From: Escherichia coli
GTDB taxonomy: Bacteria; Pseudomonadota; Gammaproteobacteria; Enterobacterales; Enterobacteriaceae
Reading direction: 5' to 3' (one strand)
Assembly (NCBI RefSeq): GCF_044647545.1
Contig: NZ_CP172818.1
Length of the DNA stretch: 64,000 nucleotides
Part shown: piece after piece, positions 1 through 12,225 of the stretch
Layout of the letters: each line of letters opens with the position of its first letter
Position numbering within the stretch: the first letter of the stretch is position 1
Made by a program: the position numbers and the translations under genes
The notes under the pieces: generated by a model
Database searches by the model: none
What the model was told of the DNA's origin: nothing
What the model saw: the letters and a program-made list of their open reading frames with translations, nothing else

Positions 1-615
1 GTTGCAACCGTGCCCCTTTTTACCCTGTGCTTCAGCCGCCTGTTTGGCATTAAAACGCGCAAACTGGAATGGGTGGGTATCGCCATTGGGCTTGCCGGAA
101 TCATCATGCTCAATAGCGGTGGAAACTTAAGCGGCAATCCATGGGGCGCGATTCTGATTTTAATCGGCTCGATTAGCTGGGCGTTTGGCTCAGTTTATGG
201 CTCGCGCATTACCTTACCTGTAGGGATGATGGCGGGTGCGATTGAGATGCTGGCGGCAGGCGTGGTGTTAATGATCGCGTCGATGATTGCGGGTGAAAAA
301 CTGACGGCGCTTCCTTCCCTTTCAGGCTTCCTTGCGGTCGGCTATCTGGCGCTGTTTGGTTCGATTATCGCCATCAACGCTTATATGTATTTAATCCGTA
401 ATGTCAGTCCGGCTCTCGCCACCAGCTACGCTTACGTTAACCCGGTGGTCGCGGTCTTGCTGGGTACGGGACTGGGCGGAGAGACGTTGTCGAAGATTGA
501 ATGGCTGGCGCTCGGCGTAATTGTCTTCGCGGTGGTACTGGTCACGTTGGGAAAATATCTCTTTCCGGCAAAACCCGTAGTTGCGCCAGTTATTCAGGAC
601 GCATCAAGCGAGTAA
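1..615 (+). CDS. eamA: EamA/DMT-family transporter, C-terminal part (gene starts upstream of window)
   Basis: ORF 10..615 is a polytopic hydrophobic protein; lies directly upstream of vsr-dcm as yedA does in E. coli. Confidence 0.65.
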   Translation, partial: VATVPLFTLCFSRLFGIKTRKLEWVGIAIGLAGIIMLNSGGNLSGNPWGAILILIGSISWAFGSVYGSRITLPVGMMAGAIEMLAAGVVLMIASMIAGEKLTALPSLSGFLAVGYLALFGSIIAINAYMYLIRNVSPALATSYAYVNPVVAVLLGTGLGGETLSKIEWLALGVIVFAVVLVTLGKYLFPAKPVVAPVIQDASSE

Positions 616-1074
616 ATGTATCCCCTGCGTGTCGATCTGCGCGCTGGCACCTTCGCCGCAGATCCACTCTTCCAGACGCTCGGTAAGCGCTTCATCCGTC
701 AGCTTCTCGCGCCCACGTAACGCGCACTCCCAGACAATCAATACGCGCCAGCCGAGTTCCTGCAAGCGACTGATATCGCGGCGATCGCGCTCAACATTTT
801 TACCTATCTTCTCCAGCCAGAACTCGGTTCGAGTCGCAGGCACTTTAAACAGATAGCAGTGATGATGATGCCAGAAGCAGCCATGGGTAAATATCACGCA
901 GCGATATTCATCAACGGCAAAATCCGGGCGTCCGGGCAGACTGGCGTCCTGAACGCGAAACGCAAGGCCCTGCCCAGTTAACAAACTGGCGAGGCGCTTC
1001 TCAATCGCCGTATCACGCGTGGCAATCGCGCGCATATTTTTGCTGCGGGTGGCCTTATCGTGAACGTCGACCAT
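604..1074 (-). CDS. vsr: Very-short-patch repair endonuclease Vsr
   Basis: Translation from internal start [21 protein letters not shown]...[10 protein letters not shown] matches Vsr; 5' end overlaps dcm 3' end. Confidence 0.85.
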   Translation of the reverse strand: MVDVHDKATRSKNMRAIATRDTAIEKRLASLLTGQGLAFRVQDASLPGRPDFAVDEYRCVIFTHGCFWHHHHCYLFKVPATRTEFWLEKIGKNVERDRRDISRLQELGWRVLIVWECALRGREKLTDEALTERLEEWICGEGASAQIDTQGIHLLA

Positions 1075-2473
1075 GTTGTGCCTCTTGCTGACGCAACGCC
1101 ACCGCCTGTTTGATTTTTGGCTCAAGCAGTTTTGCCACCGCGGCAAAGACCGGCACGACCACCGAGTTACCGAACTGGCGATAAGCCTGAGTGTCCGAAA
1201 CCGGAATGCGGAATTTCGCTTCTCCCGGCGCTTCAAAACCCATTAAGCGCGCGCATTCCCGAGGCGTTAACCGACGTGGACGATGTTGCTGATTCAGCGG
1301 ATCGTCAAAGTCTTTTTCACCCGTGGCCATATCCCAGCCGCGATCGATTAAAATTTCCGCGCCATCTTTGTAATAACGCGCAGACAGCGTACGCGTGACG
1401 CTTTGCGGATTGTTCGGATAAACCATTCCATAACCGAAGCCATTACCGCGCGCCTGATGTTTTTTCGCATAACGATAGAGGTACTTCCACAGCACCGGCG
1501 TCAGGATATATTTCGCCTCGACCATCGGGTCCAGCAGCTGGGCCAGCGTCACTCGCTGCGCAGGGAAACATTCACTGATATCACGCAGGGTAAAATCGGC
1601 TTTCAGATTCAGATCGCGACGAAAACCCACCAGCACGATGCGTTCACGGTGCTGCGGCAGGAAATGTTTGCCATCGATGATTTTCGGATCGTCCGGCCCG
1701 TTATCTTCTGCATCAGCCACGTCATAGCCCAGTTCGTCCAGCGTCTGCATGATGATGCGGAACGTTTTACCCTGGTCGTGACTTTTCAGGTTTTTGACGT
1801 TTTCGAGCACAAACATCGCCGGACGACGCGCGTCGATAATGCGCACCACATCAAAGAACAGCGTGCCCTGGGTATCGCAGGCAAAACCGTGCGCCCGCCC
1901 GAGCGAGTTCTTTTTCGATACGCCAGCCAGCGAAAATGGCTGACAAGGAAAACCGGCCAGTAATACATCGTGTTCAGGAATGTGTTGACGAATATGTTCC
2001 GCCGCCGCCTCATCACTCACGCCTTCTTGATGGCTGAGGGTGATGTCGCGGATATCTTCATTAAAATGATGCGTCGCCGGGTCGCAATAATGATTGGCTT
2101 TATAAGTGCGTACCGCATGTTTGTTCCATTCGCTGGTAAACACGCACTGTCCACCAATCGATTCAAAACCGCGACGGATGCCGCCAATTCCGGCAAATAG
2201 ATCGATAAAGCGAAACGCATAATGCGGATGATGTGCCGGTGGTTTGGGTAACAACGTTTGCAGATGGGCGAACTCTTTCTCACTTAAACGGTGCCATGCC
2301 GAGTCATTCGCCAGTGCACGTTTTAAAATTGCCGCGCTCCAGTGATTCTCACCCACACCATTAAGCTGCGCCACCAGCGTTTTAACATCATAAATTTGCA
2401 GCAGTTTCTCCAGCATTGCCTGAACGGCATTCCCGGTGCTGTATGAATCGGTTACTGATATATTTTCCTGCAT
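1055..2473 (-). CDS. dcm: DNA-cytosine C5 methyltransferase Dcm
   Basis: 472-aa ORF with C5-MTase motifs ([17 protein letters not shown]); overlaps vsr. Confidence 0.9.
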   Translation of the reverse strand: MQENISVTDSYSTGNAVQAMLEKLLQIYDVKTLVAQLNGVGENHWSAAILKRALANDSAWHRLSEKEFAHLQTLLPKPPAHHPHYAFRFIDLFAGIGGIRRGFESIGGQCVFTSEWNKHAVRTYKANHYCDPATHHFNEDIRDITLSHQEGVSDEAAAEHIRQHIPEHDVLLAGFPCQPFSLAGVSKKNSLGRAHGFACDTQGTLFFDVVRIIDARRPAMFVLENVKNLKSHDQGKTFRIIMQTLDELGYDVADAEDNGPDDPKIIDGKHFLPQHRERIVLVGFRRDLNLKADFTLRDISECFPAQRVTLAQLLDPMVEAKYILTPVLWKYLYRYAKKHQARGNGFGYGMVYPNNPQSVTRTLSARYYKDGAEILIDRGWDMATGEKDFDDPLNQQHRPRRLTPRECARLMGFEAPGEAKFRIPVSDTQAYRQFGNSVVVPVFAAVAKLLEPKIKQAVALRQQEAQHGRRSR

Positions 2474-2539
2474 AGATTTAACCGGCCATCTGAGATGGCC
2501 GACAGGTTAACATAATTACAGCCATTTAGGGCCACGCGC

Positions 2540-3235
2540 TCAGCCCGCGGGTGAAAACGCATCTATCACCTTGTGATCGACACCTTCATTCTCCCCCGCC
2601 AGTTCGGCACTGAGCTTCGCCATAAACTCGACTAAAAATTGCGCGTTGTGCTGCGCCAGCTGCTTGCCTCTTGCGGTTTGCATGGTTTGCGGTAATTTCA
2701 GTAACTTTGTCTGGAAATGATCCAGCGCGTAGCGTTTATCATCAAGCGGGCGATGCTGTGCGAACGGATCTTCGCCATCAAACAGCGCCACGCCCAATGC
2801 CCCTGAAACGGCAAACACGCGCGCCAGGCCAATCGCCCCCAGGGCTTCCAGCCGATCCGCATCCTGGACGATTTTAGCTTCCGTTGTTAAGGGGGCGATT
2901 TGCGCGCTGAAACTGTGAGCGGCAATGGCATGACAAACGGCCTCAATTTTCTCCGCCGGAAATTGCACGAACTCTTCACGGAGCAGGCGACGCGTCTCTT
3001 CTGCCGCCAGGATTGAAGAACGCTGCCGTTGCGGATGATTTTTCGCCAGGCTCACAATATCGTGAAAATAACAGGCGGTTAAAATCACCAGCATATCGAC
3101 GTCATCATCTGCCGCCAGCTTCTGTGCCGTAGCCCAGACGCGGCGAAAATGACACACGTCATGGGCCGCGTCCTGGTGCTGATGATGGTTTTTCAACCAG
3201 TTTTCGAACTCTGCCTGCCAGTGTTGTAAGTCCAT
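2540..3235 (-). CDS. yedJ: HD-domain phosphohydrolase
   Basis: 231-aa ORF with HD motif region (CYFHDIV); position matches yedJ. Confidence 0.7.
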   Translation of the reverse strand: MDLQHWQAEFENWLKNHHQHQDAAHDVCHFRRVWATAQKLAADDDVDMLVILTACYFHDIVSLAKNHPQRQRSSILAAEETRRLLREEFVQFPAEKIEAVCHAIAAHSFSAQIAPLTTEAKIVQDADRLEALGAIGLARVFAVSGALGVALFDGEDPFAQHRPLDDKRYALDHFQTKLLKLPQTMQTARGKQLAQHNAQFLVEFMAKLSAELAGENEGVDHKVIDAFSPAG

Positions 3236-3274
3236 ACGCGCTCCGTTGCCAAAGAGTCGCCACCTTAGCAGTTT

Positions 3275-3658
3275 TTATTCATAGCGTCTGCTACGTGCGG
3301 GACGAGGTCGGGTGTACCAGGCAATGCTGCCTAACAATGCCCCGACCAGAGCCATAAATAAAAATCCGACCAGTGCCCCTAACCACTTTCCCGCGGTAGA
3401 GCCTAAATCGCTTTCAAATCCCGACACGGGGGCATCGGGGATCCGGCTCATCACCCAGATGTAACGCGCCATTGCCCAGACGAAATAGCCACACCATGTA
3501 TAGAAAGCCCACAAAGCCAGTTTGCCACCAGGGCTGCGAGAGAGTCTCTCTTCCATCTTTGTCGAACCGTATTCCATTTTGAGATAACCCGGAAAATTCA
3601 GACTTAGTACTATTATGTGATAAAAATCACATTTTTCCACATTGAATGAGCCAGTCAA
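3275..3658 (-). CDS. yedR: Small inner-membrane protein; start codon uncertain (internal MEYGSTK start possible)
   Basis: 127-aa ORF with two hydrophobic segments; position matches yedR. Confidence 0.5.
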   Translation of the reverse strand: MTGSFNVEKCDFYHIIVLSLNFPGYLKMEYGSTKMEERLSRSPGGKLALWAFYTWCGYFVWAMARYIWVMSRIPDAPVSGFESDLGSTAGKWLGALVGFLFMALVGALLGSIAWYTRPRPARSRRYE

Positions 3659-3870
3659 GACTCAATCATTTTTTGAACAAATAGATAATTTTTGCGCAAC
3701 GGCAGTGAATACAAGAAAAATCGTTTTGAGCGATTTTATTTATCTTTGATATCGGCTTTATTAATTCATTCAATCAATATATTAGCACTGATTACAATTA
3801 TACCTTTTTATTATTCTGTGTCATGATGCCTCCGTTATTAGCCTTTTATCGTCTTGTTTATATTTTTTGG

Positions 3871-3896
3871 GCCGGCATGATGCCGGCTTTTTTTTA
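3871..3896 (+). terminator. Orphan intrinsic-terminator-like hairpin (GCCGGCAT-GA-TGCCGGC plus T8)
   Basis: Perfect 7-bp GC stem followed by T-run on plus strand; no plus-strand gene upstream. Confidence 0.4.
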
Positions 3897-4054
3897 TGCC
3901 TTCATTAATGTGCGCGTGATCACACCAGCCGTTTAGCGCAACGATCATTGATACTCCCTATCTTTCAGTTCAACTCATAACTTATTGATATACATTTATA
4001 ATCTTCATGAATGTTTATATTCAGAATTCATAATCCTGAATTATATTAAATAGA

Positions 4055-4105
4055 TTAGAAACATTTTGAAATCTTTTAAATACATTTGTTACATGTAATC
4101 CTTAA
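4055..4105 (+). promoter_or_regulatory. OmpR-box-like repeats in porin promoter region
   Basis: gaaacattttgaaatc / tacatttgttacatgt resemble the ompC/ompF OmpR-binding TTTACATTTTGAAACAT motifs; about 100-150 bp upstream of porin start. Confidence 0.3.
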
Positions 4106-4206
4106 AATAAAATGAACTTCATAGAATAGTATCCAAATGTGCTTTTTTTTGGATAACGGCACTTATTGATATATTCATGAAGATTATAATCACAAGGGAA
4201 TACATA

Positions 4207-5322
4207 ATGAAAAGAAAAGTTCTGGCAATGCTGGTCCCGGCGTTATTAGTTGCTGGCGCAGCAAATGCGGCTGAAATTTATAATAAAGATGGCAATAAAG
4301 TTGATTTCTACGGCAAGATGGTTGGCGAACGCATCTGGTCAAATACTGATGATAATAACAGCGAAAACGAAGATACCTCCTATGCTCGTTTCGGTGTTAA
4401 AGGTGAAACCCAAATCACCAGCGAACTGACTGGTTTTGGTCAGTTTGAATACAACCTCGACGCCAGCAAGCCCGAAGGTGAAAACCAGGAAAAAACCCGT
4501 TTAACCTTCGCCGGTTTGAAATATAACGAGTTAGGATCATTTGACTATGGCCGTAACTACGGTGTTGCTTATGATGCCGCAGCTTATACCGATATGTTAG
4601 TTGAATGGGGTGGCGATTCCTGGGCTTCCGCTGACAACTTCATGAATGGTCGTACCAACGGTGTTGCAACCTACCGTAACTATGATTTCTTTGGCCTGGT
4701 TGATGGTCTTGATTTTGCGATTCAGTACCAAGGCAAAAACAGCAACCGTAGCACTAAGAAACAAAATGGTGACGGCTATGCGTTGTCTGTAGACTATAAC
4801 ATCAATGGTTTTGGTATCGTTGGTGCATATAGCAAATCTGATCGCACCAACGATCAAGTTGCCGATGGAAACGGTTCAAATGCTGAACTGTGGTCATTGG
4901 CTGCAAAGTATGACGCGAACAATGTCTACGCAGCTGTAATGTACGGCGAAACTCGTAATATGACTCCGGGTTCTATTGATACAGGTGTTGCCGATCGAGA
5001 AGGCAATACAATAATGCGTGATCAACTTATCAATGAAACCCAGAACTTTGAAGCGGTTGTTCAGTATCAATTCGACTTTGGTCTGCGTCCGTCCTTAGGT
5101 TATGTGTACTCTAAAGGTAAAGATATCAAAGGGGTACCTGGACATAGATATGTTGACGCTGACCGTGTGAACTACATTGAAGTTGGTACCTGGTACTACT
5201 TTAATAAGAACATGAACGTTTATACTGCATACAAATTCAACATGCTGGATAAAGATGACGCCGCCATTACTGGCGCAGCAGCTGATGACCAGTTTGCAGT
5301 TGGTATCGTCTACCAGTTCTAA
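4207..5322 (+). CDS. yedS: OmpC-family general porin (intact here)
   Basis: ORF with signal peptide [31 protein letters not shown] start of mature porin, C-terminal ...VGIVYQF; track ORF starts 30 nt upstream. Confidence 0.8.
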   Translation: MKRKVLAMLVPALLVAGAANAAEIYNKDGNKVDFYGKMVGERIWSNTDDNNSENEDTSYARFGVKGETQITSELTGFGQFEYNLDASKPEGENQEKTRLTFAGLKYNELGSFDYGRNYGVAYDAAAYTDMLVEWGGDSWASADNFMNGRTNGVATYRNYDFFGLVDGLDFAIQYQGKNSNRSTKKQNGDGYALSVDYNINGFGIVGAYSKSDRTNDQVADGNGSNAELWSLAAKYDANNVYAAVMYGETRNMTPGSIDTGVADREGNTIMRDQLINETQNFEAVVQYQFDFGLRPSLGYVYSKGKDIKGVPGHRYVDADRVNYIEVGTWYYFNKNMNVYTAYKFNMLDKDDAAITGAAADDQFAVGIVYQF

Positions 5323-5365
5323 TCAGCCAACTCGCTGCGGCGTGTTACTGTAAAACTTAACACTA

Positions 5366-5402
5366 GCCTGAGTTCGTCCCTCATCGAACTCAGGCTTTTT
5401 TA
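5366..5402 (+). terminator. Rho-independent terminator downstream of porin gene
   Basis: GCCTGAGTTCG-tccctca-CGAACTCAGGC perfect 11-bp stem followed by TTTTTTATT. Confidence 0.7.
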
Positions 5403-5913
5403 TTGGCATTTCATCTCCATCTGCGGCACACGCAATTGCCGAAGCATATCGATACAGCACCTTACCCTGCCCCTCCTGGCACAATAACATCAACCAGCTA
5501 CTCTTCAAGCTAACACCCAAATGCATTTCTTTATGAATTAATCCGTAACAAACACGCTTCCCATATAGAAATATTTGCAAAAATAGTGCATGAAATAAGC
5601 TTTTTCTCTACCAATCCGCGATATAAATATTCATCAGCACCACAATATTCCACAGCACTAAATCTCTCCCCGCCACCCCGTACCTCTGATAATGGTCTAA
5701 AATCATTGAGGCCACTTGCGACGACGTTACTCAATAAGGAAAATTTGGCGTGAATAATATTCAACACCAGTGCAGCATCATCATTACATACTTACACCCG
5801 CCGACTACCGCTTTCGATATATTGACTCAATTTTCCAGCCTGGTTAAAAATAGCGACCAGCTCAGTCGCAAATATAGTGACTACCCTAACTAAGCAACAA
5901 TAAGGAATACACT

Positions 5914-6765
5914 ATGACTGTTCAAACAAGTAAAAATCCGCAGGTCGATATTGCTGAAGATAATGCATTCTTCCCTTCAGAATATTCGCTTAGCCAATAT
6001 ACCAGTCCTGTCTCTGATCTTGATGGCGTGGACTATCCAAAACCGTATCGCGGTAAACATAAAATTCTGGTGATCGCCGCGGACGAACGTTATTTGCCGA
6101 CCGATAACGGAAAACTGTTCTCGACCGGTAACCATCCGATTGAAACGTTGCTGCCGTTGTATCATCTCCATGCTGCAGGTTTCGAATTCGAAGTGGCGAC
6201 CATTTCCGGCCTGTTGACCAAGTTTGAATACTGGGCTATGCCGCACAAAGATGAAAAAGTAATGCCATTCTTTGAGCAGCATAAATCGTTGTTCCGCAAT
6301 CCGAAGAAACTCGCGGATGTTGTCGCCAGCCTCAACGCTGATAGCGAATATGCAGCAATCTTTGTTCCTGGTGGTCATGGCGCACTTATTGGTTTACCTG
6401 AAAGCCAGGACGTAGCTGCCGCTTTACAGTGGGCAATCAAAAATGACCGTTTTGTTATCTCCCTTTGCCACGGCCCGGCGGCTTTTCTGGCGCTTCGCCA
6501 CGGCGATAACCCACTGAATGGTTATTCCATTTGCGCATTCCCAGACGCCGCAGACAAACAAACGCCAGAGATAGGCTATATGCCGGGTCATCTCACCTGG
6601 TACTTCGGCGAAGAGCTGAAGAAAATGGGCATGAACATTATTAATGACGACATCACCGGGCGAGTACATAAGGACCGTAAAGTTCTCACCGGCGACAGTC
6701 CTTTCGCAGCGAATGCGTTGGGTAAACTGGCGGCGCAGGAAATGCTGGCAGCTTACGCGGGTTAA
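5914..6765 (+). CDS. hchA: Hsp31 glyoxalase/chaperone (DJ-1/PfpI family)
   Basis: 283-aa ORF MTVQTSKNPQVDIAEDNAFFPSEYSLSQYTSPVSDLDGVDYPKPYRGKHKILVIAADE... matches HchA. Confidence 0.85.
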   Translation: MTVQTSKNPQVDIAEDNAFFPSEYSLSQYTSPVSDLDGVDYPKPYRGKHKILVIAADERYLPTDNGKLFSTGNHPIETLLPLYHLHAAGFEFEVATISGLLTKFEYWAMPHKDEKVMPFFEQHKSLFRNPKKLADVVASLNADSEYAAIFVPGGHGALIGLPESQDVAAALQWAIKNDRFVISLCHGPAAFLALRHGDNPLNGYSICAFPDAADKQTPEIGYMPGHLTWYFGEELKKMGMNIINDDITGRVHKDRKVLTGDSPFAANALGKLAAQEMLAAYAG

Positions 6766-6872
6766 TCCCTGTTACGTTTTAATGTAAGCGCATAATCAAT
6801 CGCAGCCGCGTTAGTATTCACGACGTGGCTGCGTTTTTTCACGGTTAATTTATGGCGTACTGAAGCCCTATG

Positions 6873-8231
6873 TTAATTTCTTTGCGGCAACGTAATCCGG
6901 AACACATTATGCTTATTGAGATAGTGATACGTAGCACTTCCCCCATGTAATTCGGCAATCGCTTTGACTAAAGAAAGGCCTAGTCCCTGACCTACGGAAT
7001 GACGCGAATTATCTCCCCGCCAAAATCTACGGAAGAGTTTTTCAGGCTCATTAATTTTCGTTCCAGGGCTGGCGATATCAATATTAATAGATCCGTTGGT
7101 ATCAAGAAAACTGGTTATATGAATACGCGATTTTTCTGGTGAATATCTAATGGCATTAACAATAAGATTCGATAACATTCGTTGCAGTAAAATTTTATCC
7201 GCAAAGATTTGCTGATTGCACTCGACATTAAAGCAAATCTCTTTCTCGTCTGAAAGATATTCAAGATAGTCCAACAAATTTTCGACTTCCTTATTGAGAG
7301 AAAGCGAGTCCAGTTTCACCAAAACATTGTTTTTATCTGCCCTGGCAAGAAACAGTATGTTCTCTGTTAACCGCGAAATATTTTCCAGCTCTTCAATGTT
7401 ACCGGCAATTGTTTTTTGATATTCAGCGATACTTCTGGTTTGACTGAGCGTAACCTGATTCTGACCCAGTAATGCATTAATTGGCGTTCTAAGTTCATGA
7501 GCGAGATCGTCAGCAAACTGACTTAGACGCTCAAAATCTTTGACTAAAGCATGATGCATTTTATTCAACGCCTGCCCAAGAGGTTTTAGTTCTCTCGGTA
7601 ATGTGCTAACCTCAACAGGCTCCCGGCTATCGTTATAATTCAGCGCTTCCGTTACACCACTCAACTTTTTGATCTCTCGTAACCCCGTTCGGATTAACAG
7701 CGGACTTAATACTGAGCACAGTATAATGGCGACAATGCAAATTATAATGCTATTGATTTTATACTGTTCAAGCATGTTATGTCTGGCTGAAGCCAATTTA
7801 GCCACAGTAACCGTTAATGATGGCGAAACTTCATCAATATTAATTCGTAAAGCATCAATCTCAGTGTCATTAATAATGCTTCTGTAAATGCCAGCTGCGC
7901 TGATTGTCTCACTAGCAGGTATGTTATTTAACATGTCATCACTGACATTTGTCCGGTTAACAATTTTATTGATGCCATCACCATGAATGATCAAGATATC
8001 CTGGCTAACATCCATCATCCGGTTAAAGTATACAGGTAACGTATCTGGATTTACCCCATCAATTAACAACTGCTTGATCTGCGCTGTCCGGTTAATGAGT
8101 GTTGTATCATCGCGCCATTTCAACTCACTTGCCAGGCCATTATAGAGAGTCCAGACAATTCCAGCGCCAGCAACAGACAGCAGCAATATAAAAAGCAAGG
8201 TTAAACGGACGGTTATAGATAATCTTTTCAT
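6873..8231 (-). CDS. hprS: Two-component sensor histidine kinase
   Basis: 452-aa ORF with N-terminal TM, HAMP, H-box (LAHELRTPI) and ATPase G-boxes; adjacent to its response regulator. Confidence 0.8.
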   Translation of the reverse strand: MKRLSITVRLTLLFILLLSVAGAGIVWTLYNGLASELKWRDDTTLINRTAQIKQLLIDGVNPDTLPVYFNRMMDVSQDILIIHGDGINKIVNRTNVSDDMLNNIPASETISAAGIYRSIINDTEIDALRINIDEVSPSLTVTVAKLASARHNMLEQYKINSIIICIVAIILCSVLSPLLIRTGLREIKKLSGVTEALNYNDSREPVEVSTLPRELKPLGQALNKMHHALVKDFERLSQFADDLAHELRTPINALLGQNQVTLSQTRSIAEYQKTIAGNIEELENISRLTENILFLARADKNNVLVKLDSLSLNKEVENLLDYLEYLSDEKEICFNVECNQQIFADKILLQRMLSNLIVNAIRYSPEKSRIHITSFLDTNGSINIDIASPGTKINEPEKLFRRFWRGDNSRHSVGQGLGLSLVKAIAELHGGSATYHYLNKHNVFRITLPQRN

Positions 8232-8902
8232 TATTTTTTTACCGCTACGAATGAATAGCCCATCCCCCGGATTGTGGCGATTAGCTTTTCAGGAAAAGGA
8301 TCATCAACTTTTGCGCGGAGCCTGCGAATGGCGACGTCCACCGTATTGGTATCACTATCAAAGTTGATTCCCCAAATTTCACTCGCAATAACCGTTCTGG
8401 GTATAATTTCGCCTGCTCTGGAGGCCAGTAGCCAAAGTAACTGAAACTCCTTGCGCGTCAGTGTAATACTGATATTGTCCCTGCTCACACTTTGACTAAC
8501 AGAGTCCATTCTTAAGCCGCTGATTTCTAATGTTGAATTCAAAGCGTGATGTTGCCTTAATTGTGCCCGAACCCTTGCCAGCAACTCAGAAAATGAAAAA
8601 GGTTTTACCAGATAATCATTTGCTCCACTGTCCAACCCTCTGACTCTGTCATCGACAGAATCCCTTGCAGTAAGGCAAATAACAGGGGTTTGCTTTGCCG
8701 TTCTTAACGTTTGTAAGATCTGCCAGCCATCCATACCCGGAAGCATAATATCCAGAATGATCAATGCATAATCATCCTTCAGCGCAAGATAAAGCCCATC
8801 TCTGCCATCAGAAACGGCATCGATGACATAACCCGCTTCGGAAAGCCCCTGCGTTACCCACTCCTGGGTCCTTTGATTATCTTCAATAAGTAAAATCTTC
8901 AT
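8231..8902 (-). CDS. hprR: OmpR-family response regulator
   Basis: Internal start MKILLIEDNQRTQEW...; receiver plus winged-helix domains; track ORF has non-native N-terminal extension. Confidence 0.8.
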   Translation of the reverse strand: MKILLIEDNQRTQEWVTQGLSEAGYVIDAVSDGRDGLYLALKDDYALIILDIMLPGMDGWQILQTLRTAKQTPVICLTARDSVDDRVRGLDSGANDYLVKPFSFSELLARVRAQLRQHHALNSTLEISGLRMDSVSQSVSRDNISITLTRKEFQLLWLLASRAGEIIPRTVIASEIWGINFDSDTNTVDVAIRRLRAKVDDPFPEKLIATIRGMGYSFVAVKK

Positions 8903-9034
8903 GAAAATAATATGCCATAAATCATATGTTATAGAAACAGCCTGGTTCATTACAAAATTGTAATGCTGCTGTAAGGTTACCCTGGACGTTTTTTCGCTAT
9001 CCTCAAAACTCATTCACATGACAAGGATATAAAC

Positions 9035-9448
9035 ATGTTAAAGCGTTATTTAGTACTCTCGGTAGCAACGGCAGCATTTTCATTACCTTCTTTGGTTAAT
9101 GCCGCACAACAAAACATTCTTAGCGTGCACATTTTGAACCAGCAAACAGGAAAACCCGCTGCTGACGTGACAGTCACTCTTGAAAAGAAGGCGGATAACG
9201 GCTGGTTACAACTTAATACCGCCAAAACAGATAAGGATGGACGAATTAAGGCACTGTGGCCCGAGCAAACTGCAACTACGGGCGATTACCGTGTCGTATT
9301 TAAAACCGGGGACTATTTCAAGAAACAAAATCTTGAAAGTTTCTTCCCTGAGATCCCCGTTGAATTTCATATTAATAAAGTGAACGAGCATTATCATGTG
9401 CCTTTATTACTTAGCCAATATGGGTATTCAACCTATCGTGGCAGTTAA
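9035..9448 (+). CDS. hiuH: 5-hydroxyisourate hydrolase (transthyretin-like), periplasmic
   Basis: 137-aa ORF with signal peptide and C-terminal YRGS motif typical of HIU hydrolases. Confidence 0.8.
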
Positions 9449-9550
9449 TGCATAAATATGTAAAAGCAGATCTCTGCTACTGTTAGGGAGGACACTCCCT
9501 GACAGATTAACAGTAAACGGCTCTTGCTGGCTAACGACAAAAAAGTGTGA

Positions 9551-10561
<1,011 letters not shown>

Positions 10562-11197
10562 ATGCGTCTGACAGCAAAACAGGTGACATGGCTGAAAGTT
10601 TGCCTGCATCTTGCCGGATTGTTGCCGTTTCTCTGGCTGGCCTGGGCGATCAATCACGGTGGACTGGGTGCCGATCCGGTGAAAGATATTCAGCATTTTA
10701 CCGGTCGCACTGCACTGAAATTTTTGCTGGCGACCTTGTTAATCACACCTCTGGCACGCTACGCAAAACAGCCGTTATTGATACGCACTCGCCGCCTGTT
10801 AGGCTTATGGTGCTTTGCCTGGGCGACACTGCATTTAACCAGTTACGCATTGCTGGAGCTGGGCGTGAATAATCTGGCGTTATTAGGTAAGGAGTTAATT
10901 ACCCGGCCTTATTTAACGTTAGGTATTATCAGCTGGGTAATTTTGCTTGCGTTAGCGTTCACTTCAACCCAGGCGATGCAGCGAAAACTCGGCAAACACT
11001 GGCAACAGTTGCATAACTTCGTCTATCTTGTCGCGATCCTGGCCCCAATACATTATTTGTGGTCAGTGAAGATTATTTCACCGCAGCCACTCATCTACGC
11101 TGGGCTGGCGGTACTGCTTTTAGCCTTACGGTATAAGAAGTTGCTTTCCCTTTTCAACCAGTTACGCAAGCAGGTTCACAACAAATTATCTCTATAA
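10562..11197 (+). CDS. msrQ: Heme-binding membrane subunit of MsrPQ
   Basis: 211-aa polytopic ORF immediately downstream, start overlapping msrP stop. Confidence 0.85.
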   Translation: MRLTAKQVTWLKVCLHLAGLLPFLWLAWAINHGGLGADPVKDIQHFTGRTALKFLLATLLITPLARYAKQPLLIRTRRLLGLWCFAWATLHLTSYALLELGVNNLALLGKELITRPYLTLGIISWVILLALAFTSTQAMQRKLGKHWQQLHNFVYLVAILAPIHYLWSVKIISPQPLIYAGLAVLLLALRYKKLLSLFNQLRKQVHNKLSL

Positions 11198-11229
11198 CTT
11201 CATATTGCCAACAAAGTACGCGTTATCCC

Positions 11230-11261
11230 GGCCGGATGCGGCGCGAGCGCCCTATCCGGCC
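11230..11261. repeat. REP (repetitive extragenic palindromic) element
   Basis: GCCGGATGCGGCG...CCTATCCGGCC matches REP consensus. Confidence 0.6.
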
Positions 11262-11396
11262 CACACAGATCGCATCAAGTTATGTTTCGTTTGTCATCAA
11301 CCTTTCATCACCAGAATAATTTATTTTATTTCAATAAGATAGGAAAATACACCTGAGAAAACTATGCTCTCGTTTCCTAAGAGTTATTGCATTTCG

Positions 11397-11420
11397 CCAT
11401 ATGTTACAATATAACATTAT
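11397..11420 (+). promoter_or_regulatory. Zur-box-like palindrome in zinT promoter
   Basis: ATGTTACAATATAACAT resembles Zur consensus GAAATGTTATAWTATAACATTTC; about 35 bp upstream of zinT start. Confidence 0.5.
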
Positions 11421-11453
11421 ACATCATGTACATTAACTCTGGAGGAAACTGTT

Positions 11454-12104
11454 TTGGCGATTCGTCTTCATAAACTGGCTGTTGCTTTAGGCGTCTTTAT
11501 TGTTAGCGCTCCTGCCTTTTCGCATGGTCATCACTCACACGGCAAACCCTTAACAGAGGTCGAACAAAAAGCTGCTAATGGTGTTTTTGATGATACCAAT
11601 GTACAAAACCGAACGCTCAGTGACTGGGATGGAGTCTGGCAATCCGTTTATCCTTTACTGCAAAGTGGCAAACTTGACCCCGTCTTTCAGAAGAAAGCGG
11701 ATGCAGATAAAACCAAAACATTTGCTGAAATTAAAGATTATTATCGCAAAGGTTATGTGACAGATATCGAGATGATTGGCATTGAGGACGGCATTGTTGA
11801 ATTCCATAGACATAATGAAACAACATCCTGTAAATATGATTACGATGGATACAAAATACTCACCTATAAATCAGGCAAGAAAGGCGTTCGTTACTTATTC
11901 GAATGTAAAGATCCTGAAAGCAAAGCCCCTAAATATATTCAATTTAGCGATCATATAATTGCACCACGAAAATCATCTCATTTTCACATTTTTATGGGTA
12001 ATGATACCCAACAGTCTTTATTGAATGAAATGGAAAACTGGCCAACGTATTATCCATATCAGTTGAGTAGCAAAGAAGTGGTCGAGGAGATGATGTCTCA
12101 TTGA
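11454..12104 (+). CDS. zinT: Periplasmic zinc/cadmium-binding protein
   Basis: 216-aa ORF with signal peptide and His-rich HGHHSHG motif. Confidence 0.85.
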   Translation: MAIRLHKLAVALGVFIVSAPAFSHGHHSHGKPLTEVEQKAANGVFDDTNVQNRTLSDWDGVWQSVYPLLQSGKLDPVFQKKADADKTKTFAEIKDYYRKGYVTDIEMIGIEDGIVEFHRHNETTSCKYDYDGYKILTYKSGKKGVRYLFECKDPESKAPKYIQFSDHIIAPRKSSHFHIFMGNDTQQSLLNEMENWPTYYPYQLSSKEVVEEMMSH

Positions 12105-12191
12105 TTTTTTGCGCTGACTTCAATTATTTAACAGAACAGTGCCTGGTAGTAACGACAATAATTTACCAAGACAAATAAATAAGACAAACTC

Positions 12192-12225
12192 AGACACGCT
12201 CATGCTTGAGACGTGTCTTTTTTAT
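12192..12225 (+). terminator. Rho-independent terminator after zinT
   Basis: AGACACG...CGTGTCT hairpin followed by TTTTTTATT. Confidence 0.6.

Noticed and set aside
1403-1963. 186-codon plus-strand ORF
   Set aside because: Antisense to dcm, with no recognisable domain; dcm on the minus strand explains the region.
2476-2540. Inverted repeat CGGCCATC-TGAG-ATGGCCG between dcm and yedJ
   Set aside because: Short 7-bp stem without a U-tract in a 66-bp intergenic spacer; insufficient to call a terminator or regulatory site.
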